From an uncultured Bacteroidota bacterium (lineage in GTDB: Bacteria; Bacteroidota; Bacteroidia; Bacteroidales; FEN-979): a stretch of 64,000 nt of DNA. A program made the translations under genes and the position numbers. The stretch lies in the NCBI GenBank assembly GCA_937900965.1, contig CALCGJ010000031.1, forward strand, positions 17,341-81,340. Reading direction: 5' to 3'. This document shows positions 17,994 to 26,076 of the stretch, piece after piece (positions within the stretch are counted from its first letter, which is position 1; every line of letters begins with the position of its first letter). A model generated the notes under the pieces. That model was not told where the DNA came from. It made no database searches and saw nothing but the letters and a program-made list of their open reading frames with translations.

Positions 17994-18725
17994 ATGAGAA
18001 ATTATATTATCCTGTTCATATTCACACTGGTTAGCTCCGGTGCTTTTTCTCAGGTGATGATCACCGACAGGCCTGATCAGACAGAATCGGCATCGACCGT
18101 TCCGAAATTTCGCTTTCAACTTGAAACTGGTGGATCGTTGGAGGTTATTGATAAATTGAAGATATTGGTGCTTCCAGGAAGTTTGTTCCGGTACGGAATC
18201 GGTAATAACATTGAATTACGATTAACAACATCTTTACGGTACCGTCATCTGGAGACAGATACAGCAAATCAATCGTGGTTTGGTCTTGGGAATATCGATG
18301 TGGGAGCTAAATTCAGGTTGATTAACCGTAAAGTCCAACTGGCAATCCTGACGACCTTCTCCATCCCTTCAGGCACAGAGGGGTTTACATCTAAAAAAGC
18401 GGGGGCAGATGTTCGTCTTGCACTGGCCCACCCCATTGCGAAATTCCTCTCTATAGGGTACAACGTTGGGTATAGCTATTATGGGTTGGGACCAGGAAAT
18501 CTATTCTACTCAGCCTCTCTGGGCTTCAGTTTGACTGAAAAACTTGGATTTTTTACAGAGGTCTACGGTACCCTGGCCGATATGGAATACAATTCTCTCA
18601 GTTACGACAATGGACTCACCTATTTGATCCGGGAAAACCTGCAGGCTGATTTCTCTTTCGGCACCGGGATCAACCACAGGCATAATCTCATCTCAATGGG
18701 AATTAGCTGGAGAATACCGGATTAA
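17994..18725 (+). CDS. Outer-membrane beta-barrel transporter of the MetA-pathway/phenol-degradation-like family
   Basis: The ATG at 17994 gives the signal peptide MRNYIILFIFTLVSSGAFSQ. The mature N-terminus is ITDRPDQTESASTVP. The body has an alternating beta-strand pattern and ends in an aromatic-rich segment. Confidence 0.6.
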   Translation: MRNYIILFIFTLVSSGAFSQVMITDRPDQTESASTVPKFRFQLETGGSLEVIDKLKILVLPGSLFRYGIGNNIELRLTTSLRYRHLETDTANQSWFGLGNIDVGAKFRLINRKVQLAILTTFSIPSGTEGFTSKKAGADVRLALAHPIAKFLSIGYNVGYSYYGLGPGNLFYSASLGFSLTEKLGFFTEVYGTLADMEYNSLSYDNGLTYLIRENLQADFSFGTGINHRHNLISMGISWRIPD

Positions 18726-19357
18726 GTATGACAACTGCATTCGGCGTAGCTCCGTTTCTTTGCTTTTTCCATGGCTTCCATTCCCTCCTTCACGGAAAAC
18801 CAGATGAGTCCGGCAGCACCGATTGCATCGATGTAGGCAAAACCGGTGATTTCATAGATCAGGCTGGAGATCAACAGTACGATCGACATATACAGGCAAA
18901 CCATGGTGCAATTGGCATCAGCTATGACAGGGTCAGAATTGAGTTTTCTTCCAACCCGTTTTTTAGCCCAAACAAGCCAGGTCATCGTGAGGATAGAGAT
19001 CGCTGAGATCACAATTCCCCAGAATGTACTTTCGGGCTTATGCCCCTGGATAAGGTTGATGATTACCCCGGCACCCAATCCGGCCGAGAGAAAGAAAAAC
19101 CCGATACCAGTGATCCGCAATGCCGTGACTTCAAACGATGTGATTGATTTTCCAGGGTTTTTCCAGATACGGATTACCATCATCATAATCCCGATTCCGG
19201 AGATCACTTCAATGAAACTGTCAACACCAAAACCAAACAAAGCCAGGGTTTCATCAGAATAACCCAGAGCCATGGAGATAATACCCTCGATAAGGTTGTA
19301 AACGATGGTGACGATCGCCAGGTAAAAGGCGGATCGGAAAAGGTTTTTATTTCGCAT
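18722..19357 (-). CDS. Cation-efflux (CDF-like) membrane domain protein
   Basis: The start MRNKNLF is at 19357. The TM region is AFYLAIVTIVYNLIEGIISMALGYSDETLALFGFGVDSFIEVISG, typical of the cation_efflux TM domain. No cytoplasmic C-terminal domain is present. Confidence 0.6.
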   Translation of the reverse strand: MRNKNLFRSAFYLAIVTIVYNLIEGIISMALGYSDETLALFGFGVDSFIEVISGIGIMMMVIRIWKNPGKSITSFEVTALRITGIGFFFLSAGLGAGVIINLIQGHKPESTFWGIVISAISILTMTWLVWAKKRVGRKLNSDPVIADANCTMVCLYMSIVLLISSLIYEITGFAYIDAIGAAGLIWFSVKEGMEAMEKAKKRSYAECSCHT

Positions 19358-19434
19358 AGCGGGGCTCCCGTTCAGTTTTTTTTTTACCACATTAGTCACA
19401 ATAGGGCACATTAGTTCTATTGTGTTCTATGTGC

Positions 19435-20433
19435 CTATTGTGGTAACTTTCTTATTTTCCTAATTTCCCTCTTCCCTCTTACGCCATTCAGTGCTCTACA
19501 GCAATCTGCCAGCGCCTTTTCGGCTTCAGGCATTACCTTGCCAAAGATAACGAAGTCGTGGATCTGGCCGGGGTATATTTTCATTGTCACATCCCCACCT
19601 GACTGTTGTAAACGTTTGCCATAGGATTCAGCTTCATCCCGAAGGATATCAAATTCGGCAATCACAATGAAAGCCGGCGGAAGCCCTGACAGGTCTCTGG
19701 CAAGTAGCGGGGAGGCATAGGGATTCTTTACATCTTCAGGATGTTCAAGATAATGGTTTGTGTACCATTGCATCAACACCTCAGGCACCCAAAGACCAAA
19801 ACCAAATTGCCGGTATGAAAGGGTATTTGTCTCAGCCAGGTTAGTGGCCGGACAAATCAGGAGCTGAAAATGCACCGAAGGTCCTCCCCTGTCGCGTGCC
19901 ATTAAGGCGATGACTGTAGCCATATTCCCACCGGCACTGTCGCCGCCAACAGCAATATGCAAGAGATCCACATCAATGGCATCAGCCTGATCAGCTACCC
20001 ATTCCAGCGTGGCATATCCCTCTTCTAAAGCAACCGGGAAACGGGCTTCCGGAGAGAGCTGGTAATCAACAGCTACAACTACATATCCGGAGTTACTGGA
20101 TAAAATGGTGCAAACAGCGTCATAATCGTCAAGCGTTCCAACCACCCATCCGCCTCCATGAAGATAGACCAGCACCGGGAATGGGCCCTCTCCTTCCGGC
20201 GTATAAATCCGCAAGGGAATCTCTCCGAATGGCCCTTCTATCAAGATATTTCGGATAGAAGCAACAGGAACCGGTTTGGAAGAGAAAGCCTTAACGATAT
20301 TCCGCTCACGTGCCAGCTTTGGAGTCAATTCCGATAACGGAGGAAGATCGGCGGCGGCAATAGCTGTGAGAAACTGACTGGCATGAGGATCCAGTTTGCC
20401 CTCTTTGTAAGCAGGATAAAAGATCTCACTCAT
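19435..20433 (-). CDS. Alpha/beta hydrolase, hormone-sensitive-lipase (family IV) type esterase
   Basis: It has the oxyanion motif LHGGGW and the nucleophile elbow GDSAGG. Confidence 0.85.
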   Translation of the reverse strand: MSEIFYPAYKEGKLDPHASQFLTAIAAADLPPLSELTPKLARERNIVKAFSSKPVPVASIRNILIEGPFGEIPLRIYTPEGEGPFPVLVYLHGGGWVVGTLDDYDAVCTILSSNSGYVVVAVDYQLSPEARFPVALEEGYATLEWVADQADAIDVDLLHIAVGGDSAGGNMATVIALMARDRGGPSVHFQLLICPATNLAETNTLSYRQFGFGLWVPEVLMQWYTNHYLEHPEDVKNPYASPLLARDLSGLPPAFIVIAEFDILRDEAESYGKRLQQSGGDVTMKIYPGQIHDFVIFGKVMPEAEKALADCCRALNGVRGKREIRKIRKLPQ

Positions 20434-20447
20434 GATGTCCCCTATGG

Positions 20448-21281
20448 TTAATTGTCTTCGAGCAGTTCAAACCGCTCATCTTCTACCGGGATAAAACTAT
20501 CCCTGTAGCGATTGTAGTGATAATATACCAGGGGTTGGAACCCCTTGGGAAGATTAAACGCAATGTACTGATTGAGGAAAAAATCATACAGGTAGCTGGC
20601 ATGCACTTTCCCCAAATATGCAGATATGTTATTTATATCTTCAATCCCCAGGGAGTCAATTGTATAACTGTATTTAACATGCTGTCGGAAAGGATCTACA
20701 AAAAACTCCCCCTCTAGTTTATCGGAAGCCATGTGGGAAGAATAAAGGATGGTTTTTACTTGATTTGGACCACCTATCTTACTCAATTCCAGCCAAGTAG
20801 AAAAGTCAACTGCATCAAGGTCGAATTTTTTATAAAACAGGGTGTCATAGAAGTATTCCTCATCCTCATAGGGGTAGAAGTATTCATCCACCTGGATCTG
20901 TGCAATTGAAAGCTCATAGGATTGCGGTTGACCCAGCAGGAAAGAATCAGCCTCAGCTCCAATAAAGACAACCAGTTGAAGATTCCGGAGCTCATCCATG
21001 AAACCATTTACATAATTCTCCAGAAACAATGAGTCATTAATATACTGGATAAACCCGCTGGAAAAAAAGAGGGCAGAATCCTGTTCAGCAGAGTTCATCC
21101 GCTTTAGATCCTCTACCAACTCTCCTTTATGGTTGTATTTGAACAGCAATTTAGGAGGGGTAACATGAAAGAAAAATTCCGGTGGGTTTTTACGAAAATC
21201 CTTGGCAAGCCTATACTCAGGAGTACATGCTGTAACTCCGGCAAACAGGATAATAAGAATGTAAGCGAAACCTCTTTGCAT
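20448..21281 (-). CDS. Hypothetical lipoprotein
   Basis: The ATG at 21281 gives MQRGFAYILIILFAGVTAC|TPE (a lipobox). I see no recognisable catalytic motif. Confidence 0.55.
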   Translation of the reverse strand: MQRGFAYILIILFAGVTACTPEYRLAKDFRKNPPEFFFHVTPPKLLFKYNHKGELVEDLKRMNSAEQDSALFFSSGFIQYINDSLFLENYVNGFMDELRNLQLVVFIGAEADSFLLGQPQSYELSIAQIQVDEYFYPYEDEEYFYDTLFYKKFDLDAVDFSTWLELSKIGGPNQVKTILYSSHMASDKLEGEFFVDPFRQHVKYSYTIDSLGIEDINNISAYLGKVHASYLYDFFLNQYIAFNLPKGFQPLVYYHYNRYRDSFIPVEDERFELLEDN

Positions 21282-21329
21282 AATCAATTAACTCGAAATT
21301 CTATCATTTATTATGACGGTTAGCGTCGT

Positions 21330-22550
21330 CTAATCCCTCTTTGCTTCAAGCATCTTCAGTCCGAATGCTTTGCCAAAGTCATGACATTGCTTGATTGTCT
21401 CTTCGTGTGGAGTAAACCGGATCATCAACCCATCGGTAAATACATTCAGCCGGAGAACCTTAAGTGCGGAGTCAATGATTTTAGCAGCTTCCCCGCTCCA
21501 TCCAAAAGATCCAAACGAGGCAGCGATTTTGTTCCGGTCCCTGATTGGGTTAATAAGGGCAAATACCTGGTATACAGGCAATAACACGTTCTGACTGAAG
21601 GTTGGGCTTCCCAGGATAATTCCGGATGCTTCAATAATTTTTTGCTCTATCACCGCTAATTCCATAGTTTCAATATCGCAGAGGTCTACATCAAACGAAC
21701 CAGCCATCCTGATCCCTGCAGCGATCTCTTTAGCAATCAAACCCGTATTTTTATACGCTGAAACATAGCCAATGAAAACCCTGTTGGGAAGTGGAAAAAC
21801 CATAGCCTCTCTGGCATACTGTTCAGAGAGATCCACATACTTTTGCCAATTCTTACGGAGGATAGGACCGTGTCCGGGGCACACTATGTCGATCTCAAGA
21901 GACCGTATCTTACTGATTGCCTGTACCATAAACCGACTGTATGGTTTCATGATCACATCGAAATAATAGCGGTAGGCATCATCAAAATCCCCAACCAGGT
22001 CATCAAACATCTCTTCCCTGGCATAGTGACAACCGAATGAATCACACGTAAACAGGATCTTATCTTCTTCAAGGTATGTATAGATGGAATCGGGCCAGTG
22101 AAGGTTCGGAGCCCCGATAAACCTGAGTTTCTTGTTTCCCAGGTCTAGCGTGTCACCATCCTTTACAATCAGATGAGGCACCTCCATTCCCAATTGATCT
22201 TTCAGGTATCGGATCGCATTTCCGCTTCCCACAACTTTCGCTGAAGGAGCTATCTCAAGCAGATCCTTTAATGTTCCGGAATGATCAGGTTCCGTGTGGT
22301 TCATCACGATGTAGCTGATCTCGGAAGGATCAGTCATTTCCCTCACTTTTGCCAGGTAAGTATCACGGAAAGTAGCTTTTGTGGTTTCAATAATACATTT
22401 CTTATCCGCCCGGATAAAATAGGAGTTATAGGTTGTTCCGAACTCTGTTGCCATCACTACGTCAAACGTGATCAGGTCAGGGTCAAGCACACCGATCCAG
22501 GAAACATCTTTGGTAACCTTTAAGATTTTATTGCCATTCATTGCCATCAT
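21330..22550 (-). CDS. FprA-family flavodiiron protein (metallo-beta-lactamase-like plus flavodoxin-like domains)
   Basis: It has the di-iron motif NHTEPDHSG and a C-terminal flavodoxin-like segment GIILGSPTF. The first codons (MMAMNG) lie within the 9-mer array. Confidence 0.85.
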   Translation of the reverse strand: MMAMNGNKILKVTKDVSWIGVLDPDLITFDVVMATEFGTTYNSYFIRADKKCIIETTKATFRDTYLAKVREMTDPSEISYIVMNHTEPDHSGTLKDLLEIAPSAKVVGSGNAIRYLKDQLGMEVPHLIVKDGDTLDLGNKKLRFIGAPNLHWPDSIYTYLEEDKILFTCDSFGCHYAREEMFDDLVGDFDDAYRYYFDVIMKPYSRFMVQAISKIRSLEIDIVCPGHGPILRKNWQKYVDLSEQYAREAMVFPLPNRVFIGYVSAYKNTGLIAKEIAAGIRMAGSFDVDLCDIETMELAVIEQKIIEASGIILGSPTFSQNVLLPVYQVFALINPIRDRNKIAASFGSFGWSGEAAKIIDSALKVLRLNVFTDGLMIRFTPHEETIKQCHDFGKAFGLKMLEAKRD

Positions 22551-22644
22551 TGTTCATCATTGTTCATCATTGCACATCATTGCCATCATTGCCATCATTG
22601 CCATCATTGCCATCATTGCCATCATTGCCATCATTGCACATCAT
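22528..22644. repeat. Tandem 9/10-nt array (TGCCATCAT x7 perfect, flanked by the 10-mers TGTTCATCAT and TGCACATCAT)
   Basis: Read directly. Together with (TCCCTACT)x3 at 22655..22678, it fills the whole parC-fprA spacer. Confidence 0.95.
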
Positions 22645-22677
22645 TCTCTCCACCTCCCTACTTCCCTACTTCCCCAC

Positions 22678-25452
22678 TTATAGTTCCAGTTCCAGCTGTT
22701 CGTCGCTGATGGTTTTGGGTTCAGCGTTCCGGGTTCCGCGTTTCGCGTTCGGCGTTTTGGGTTCAGCGTTCGGCGTTCCGCGTTTCGCGTTTCGCGTTTG
22801 GCGTTCGGCATTTGGTGTTTCGCGTTTGGCGTTAGGCGTTTCGGTTTCCGGATTGCCGGTTGATGGTTCTTTGGGCTTTTTCCCAACTTTTTTAACCTTC
22901 TCCTCGACCTTCGACCCTGTCACCTCGACCTTCGACCCTGTCACCTCGACCCTGGTCTCCTGTTCCAGCCAATTCACCTTCTTCACCGCGTGACCGGTGA
23001 GTCGTTTCCCTTTTGCTTTATAGCCTTTTAGCCCAATGAATTCGGAGATGTTGATCTCTTCCTCTGCTGCCCCTTTGCTCTTCTGTTTCATATCAAAGAG
23101 AATCTGCAAACGTGGATACAAATCGGCAGAGATAGAGACAAAATGGTCTGAGTCATCGAGGTAGGCAAGCTTTTTCTCTGTTATTTCCGGACTAAACCGT
23201 TTTATGTAATATAACTTCGTCTTTGTATCCTGATAGATCACAGTATAGATTTTCCGGGGATCAAATTTCTCAATCCTGAACATATCTTCATCAAAATGGG
23301 TGGAGAGATCAAAAGAGGTGAACCGGAAGTGGCCTGACCGGGTGAAGGTGATAATCCTGTCGGCTCCTGAAAAAGCTCCGAGAAGGGTACCCCTATCCTC
23401 GGCGTTCAGTCTCATCACAGTATCATCATACCAGATGTTGAGAGATCCCAGTGTGGAGACACCTTCCTGGCGAATCTCGATCTTCTTGATTGCATACTTT
23501 GTAAGAATATTCCCCATGGAACTTCTCCCTTTGATAGCCAGGTCGGCAAAATTAAAATCAAACGAGCTCTTTTTGATCCGGGGTTTCGGCTTCAGGTCGA
23601 CCTTAACGACCTCTGCTTCGCCATTAGGGTTTGCGGAGAAGTAAAGCACTTTTGAGCCCAGGGTCCCCTTGGTTAAGTTATATTCCTTGTCGCGCGTTAC
23701 ACCTGTCACGGCAAAGCGCTTGATCATAATCTTCCCATTCTTACCATCTCTGTAAATCAGATTGTAGATCGTCCGGATGTCATTCTTCATGAAGACCTGA
23801 ATATGGATTACATCGTGACCGATAAAAACCTTGTCGGCTACTTTTGTCACCATAAAAGTGCCGTCACTACGGATGACGATAATGTCGTCAATATCTGAAC
23901 AATCGCATATAAATTCATCACGACGGAGGGAGGTTCCGGCAAATCCCAATTCCCGGTTGATATACAGTTTCACGTTTGCCGCAGCTACCTTTACCGCTTC
24001 AATAGATTCAAAATTGCGCAATTCAGTATGCCTGTCGCGATTTTTCCCGTATTTCTTCCTGATCTGCCGAAAATGCTCGATGGCAAAATCGGTCAGGTGG
24101 GCCAGGTGATTGCTCACCTCTTCTGTCTCCTGCCTGATGCCGTTGATCACATCATCGGCTTTGTTGGAATTAAATTTTGAGATTCGTTCAATGGGGATCT
24201 TCCGGAGTTTTTTGATATCCTCTTCGCTCAGCGGCCTGATGAAATCCTTTTCAAACGGCTTCATCCCGCTCTTGATAGCCTTATCTATATCCTCGTCCGT
24301 CTTGCATTTCTTAATCCCTTCGTAGACCTCATTTTCAATGAAGATTTTTTCGATGGATGCATAATGCAACTGCTCATTCAGCTCCTCCAGCCGTATCTCC
24401 AATTCTCTTTTCAGTAAGTAGACCGTGTGTGCTGTAGATATCCTCAGGATTTCCTTAACACCGACAAATCTTGGCTTTCCATTCTCGATAACACAGCAAT
24501 TGGCGGAAATTGGCACCTCACACTGTGTGAATGCATAGAGAGCATCCATTGTAGTATCCGGAGAGACACCAGGTGTCAGGTGGATCAGAATCTCTACATC
24601 CCTGGCGGTGTTATCATCGATCTTCCGAATCTTGATCTTTCCTTTGTCATTGGCATTGAGGATCGAGTCAATAACAGACTCTGTAGTTGTGCCATATGGG
24701 ATTTCATTGATCACCAATGTCTTTTTATCAACCTGGCTAATCCTGGCACGCAACCGGACCTTCCCGCCTCGCAACCCATCGTTGTACTTTGAGACATCAG
24801 CCAGTCCGCCTGTCGGAAAATCGGGGAAGAGTTCAAAATCCTTCCCCTGCAACACTTTGATGGAGGCATCAATCAGTTCGTTGAAATTATGCGGCAGAAT
24901 CCTGGAAGCAAGTCCCACAGCGATCCCCTCAACTCCCATTGCCAGCAACAGAGGAAACTTAACCGGCAGGGTGACCGGTTCTTTGTTCCGTCCGTCGTAG
25001 GAGGTTTTCCATACCGTAGTCTTTGGGTTGAAAACCACGTCGAGCGAAAATTTAGAGGGGCGTGCTTCAATATACCTTGGTGCTGCAGCACTGTCACCTG
25101 TATGGATATTTCCCCAGTTGCCCTGAGTATCAACCAGGAGATCCTTTTGCCCAAGCTGAACAAGTGCATCCCCAATAGAGGCATCACCATGAGGATGGTA
25201 TTTCATGGTATGTCCGATGATGTTGGCGACCTTGTTATACCGTCCGTCATCCAGCTCTTTCATAGCATGAAGCAAGCGACGCTGGACAGGTTTCAGTCCG
25301 TCAAGAATTTCCGGAACAGCCCGTTCCAGGATAACATAGGAGGCATAATCCAGGAACCAGTTCTGGTACATAACATCCAAATGGATTGCCTCTTCAAGCT
25401 TTCCTGATTCAAGTTCCGGGTGTTCGCCGTTAAGATTTTGTTCGTCGTTCAA
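22678..25452 (-). CDS. parC: DNA topoisomerase IV subunit A (ParC) with a ~95-aa repeat-encoded C-terminal extension
   Basis: The sequence MYQNWFLDYASYVILERAVPEILDGLKPVQRR…HPHGDASI is the Bacteroidota ParC type. I prefer the TTG start at 25452 (MNDEQNLNGEHPE…). The GTG at 25587 would read through hairpin and heptamer repeats. Confidence 0.85.
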   Translation of the reverse strand: MNDEQNLNGEHPELESGKLEEAIHLDVMYQNWFLDYASYVILERAVPEILDGLKPVQRRLLHAMKELDDGRYNKVANIIGHTMKYHPHGDASIGDALVQLGQKDLLVDTQGNWGNIHTGDSAAAPRYIEARPSKFSLDVVFNPKTTVWKTSYDGRNKEPVTLPVKFPLLLAMGVEGIAVGLASRILPHNFNELIDASIKVLQGKDFELFPDFPTGGLADVSKYNDGLRGGKVRLRARISQVDKKTLVINEIPYGTTTESVIDSILNANDKGKIKIRKIDDNTARDVEILIHLTPGVSPDTTMDALYAFTQCEVPISANCCVIENGKPRFVGVKEILRISTAHTVYLLKRELEIRLEELNEQLHYASIEKIFIENEVYEGIKKCKTDEDIDKAIKSGMKPFEKDFIRPLSEEDIKKLRKIPIERISKFNSNKADDVINGIRQETEEVSNHLAHLTDFAIEHFRQIRKKYGKNRDRHTELRNFESIEAVKVAAANVKLYINRELGFAGTSLRRDEFICDCSDIDDIIVIRSDGTFMVTKVADKVFIGHDVIHIQVFMKNDIRTIYNLIYRDGKNGKIMIKRFAVTGVTRDKEYNLTKGTLGSKVLYFSANPNGEAEVVKVDLKPKPRIKKSSFDFNFADLAIKGRSSMGNILTKYAIKKIEIRQEGVSTLGSLNIWYDDTVMRLNAEDRGTLLGAFSGADRIITFTRSGHFRFTSFDLSTHFDEDMFRIEKFDPRKIYTVIYQDTKTKLYYIKRFSPEITEKKLAYLDDSDHFVSISADLYPRLQILFDMKQKSKGAAEEEINISEFIGLKGYKAKGKRLTGHAVKKVNWLEQETRVEVTGSKVEVTGSKVEEKVKKVGKKPKEPSTGNPETETPNAKRETPNAERQTRNAKRGTPNAEPKTPNAKRGTRNAEPKTISDEQLELEL
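22711..22857. repeat. Heptanucleotide tandem array, consensus CGTTYSG, x21 (147 nt)
   Basis: Read directly: ggttttg ggttcag cgttccg ggttccg cgtttcg cgttcgg … cgtttcg gtttccg gattgcc. On the minus strand it is translated as a 7-aa periodic peptide. Confidence 0.95.
22903..22951. repeat. 21-nt (3 x 7) tandem repeat CTCGACC-TTCGACC-CTGTCAC x2.3
   Basis: Read directly. It encodes VEVTGSK VEVTGSK in the ParC tail. Confidence 0.9.
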
Positions 25453-25467
25453 AAGATTTCGGCTTAG

Positions 25468-25487
25468 AGCCGCAATAAATTGCGGCT
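25468..25487. repeat. R3 hairpin AGCCGCAATAAATTGCGGCT (second copy)
   Basis: It is identical to 10400..10419 and lies in the parC 5' leader. Confidence 0.9.
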
Positions 25488-25498
25488 GTACATTCGTA

Positions 25499-25526
25499 GA
25501 TCGCGGATCATGGATCGCACATCGCA
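25499..25526. repeat. Heptanucleotide array GATCGCG GATCATG GATCGCA CATCGCA
   Basis: Read directly. Confidence 0.85.
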
Positions 25527-25529
25527 CTA

Positions 25530-25537
25530 CAAAATTA
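25530..25537 (-). promoter_or_regulatory. Candidate -7 box TAATTTTG (minus strand) for parC
   Basis: The plus strand reads caaaatta, which matches TAnnTTTG on the minus strand. It lies about 77 nt upstream of the TTG at 25452 and downstream of the GTG at 25587, which argues against the long ORF. Confidence 0.35.
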
Positions 25538-25581
25538 CGATTTCCAAAGAAAGCAGGCAGGGTTGTTGATAAAAAGTTGTT

Positions 25582-25616
25582 TATCACGGATCACGGATCG
25601 CGGATCGCGGATCAAA
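25582..25616. repeat. Heptanucleotide array TATCACG GATCACG GATCGCG GATCGCG GATCAAA
   Basis: Read directly. It uses the same unit as the tsaD insertion. Confidence 0.9.
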
Positions 25617-25629
25617 GCATAATTTTCCC

Positions 25630-25637
25630 TATTTTTG
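25630..25637 (+). promoter_or_regulatory. Candidate -7 box TATTTTTG for tRNA-Arg
   Basis: It matches TAnnTTTG and lies 14 nt upstream of the tRNA 5' end. Confidence 0.45.
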
Positions 25638-25650
25638 CATCCGCAATCAG

Positions 25651-25723
25651 GGTCCAGTAGCTCAGGGGATAGAGCAACAGCCTTCTAAGCTGTGGGTCGT
25701 AGGTTCGATTCCTACCTGGATCA
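25651..25723 (+). tRNA. tRNA-Arg (anticodon UCU)
   Basis: I folded the cloverleaf by hand. The acceptor stem is ggtccag/ctggatc, the D arm is gctc-aggggata-gagc, the anticodon arm is acagc-cTTCTaa-gctgt, the variable loop is gggtc, and the T arm is gtagg-ttcgatt-cctac. The discriminator is A and no CCA is encoded. Confidence 0.9.
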
Positions 25724-25724
25724 C

Positions 25725-25997
25725 ATGAGAAGACTGAACAAGATTCAAAAAAGGATTCTGGTAATCGGGATTCTTCTGCTTATTGCAGTGACTGTATACC
25801 TGCCATGGAAAGCAGTAGTAAACCCTCCAGATTATACTATCTCTGAATTTATCGGATACGGGTTCCTTACCCATCCGCCCAACAGTCCAATGGGATATGA
25901 CTCTTTCGTGGTGATAGACTATCTGAGACTCCTCTTCCAATGGACAGGATTGGTAATCCTGATCTGGCTTGGCATCTGGCTTGCCAGAAAAAAATAG
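25725..25997 (+). CDS. Small hypothetical membrane protein (two predicted TM helices)
   Basis: The ATG lies immediately after the tRNA. The sequence is MRRLNKIQKRILVIGILLLIAVTVYLPW…LVILIWLGIWLARKK. I recognise no homology. Confidence 0.35.
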   Translation: MRRLNKIQKRILVIGILLLIAVTVYLPWKAVVNPPDYTISEFIGYGFLTHPPNSPMGYDSFVVIDYLRLLFQWTGLVILIWLGIWLARKK

Positions 25998-26040
25998 TCC
26001 TTTCCCTTGTCAAAATGTTTTCTTTATAACGATAGCAGAC

Positions 26041-26048
26041 TATCTTTG
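26041..26048 (+). promoter_or_regulatory. Candidate -7 box TATCTTTG for porP/sprF-like gene
   Basis: It matches TAnnTTTG and lies 29 nt upstream of the ATG at 26077. Confidence 0.4.
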
Positions 26049-26076
26049 TAAGGATACGATTTCATTCAAACCAGTG

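Noticed and set aside
22528-22678. Regularly spaced short repeats that could suggest a CRISPR array
   Set aside because: The units are 8-10 nt and directly abut each other with no unique spacers. No cas genes are nearby. This is a simple tandem array.
22541-22993. ORFs made of low-complexity periodic peptides. Examples are 22541..22993 (SLPSLPSLP…), 22468..22683 (IIAIIAIIA…), 22641..22886, 4560..4754 (LGLGTWDLGLGTWDLG) and 44622..44858 (MKHRLHRKHRL…).
   Set aside because: They are simply alternative-frame or alternative-strand translations of the tandem repeats. They overlap better-supported genes or spacers. There is no independent coding evidence for them.
25453-25587. A 45-codon N-terminal extension of ParC from the GTG at 25587
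   Set aside because: The extension reads through the R3 hairpin and GATCRCG heptamers and has no ParC-like sequence. A TAnnTTTG box (25530-25537) lies downstream of that GTG. The TTG at 25452 gives an N-terminus of typical length before MYQNWFLDYASY.
25692-25724. The ORF-track start (GTG 25692) of the small ORF, which overlaps the tRNA-Arg
   Set aside because: These codons are the 3' half of the tRNA. The first ATG (25725) lies just past the tRNA. Even that shorter ORF has only low confidence.
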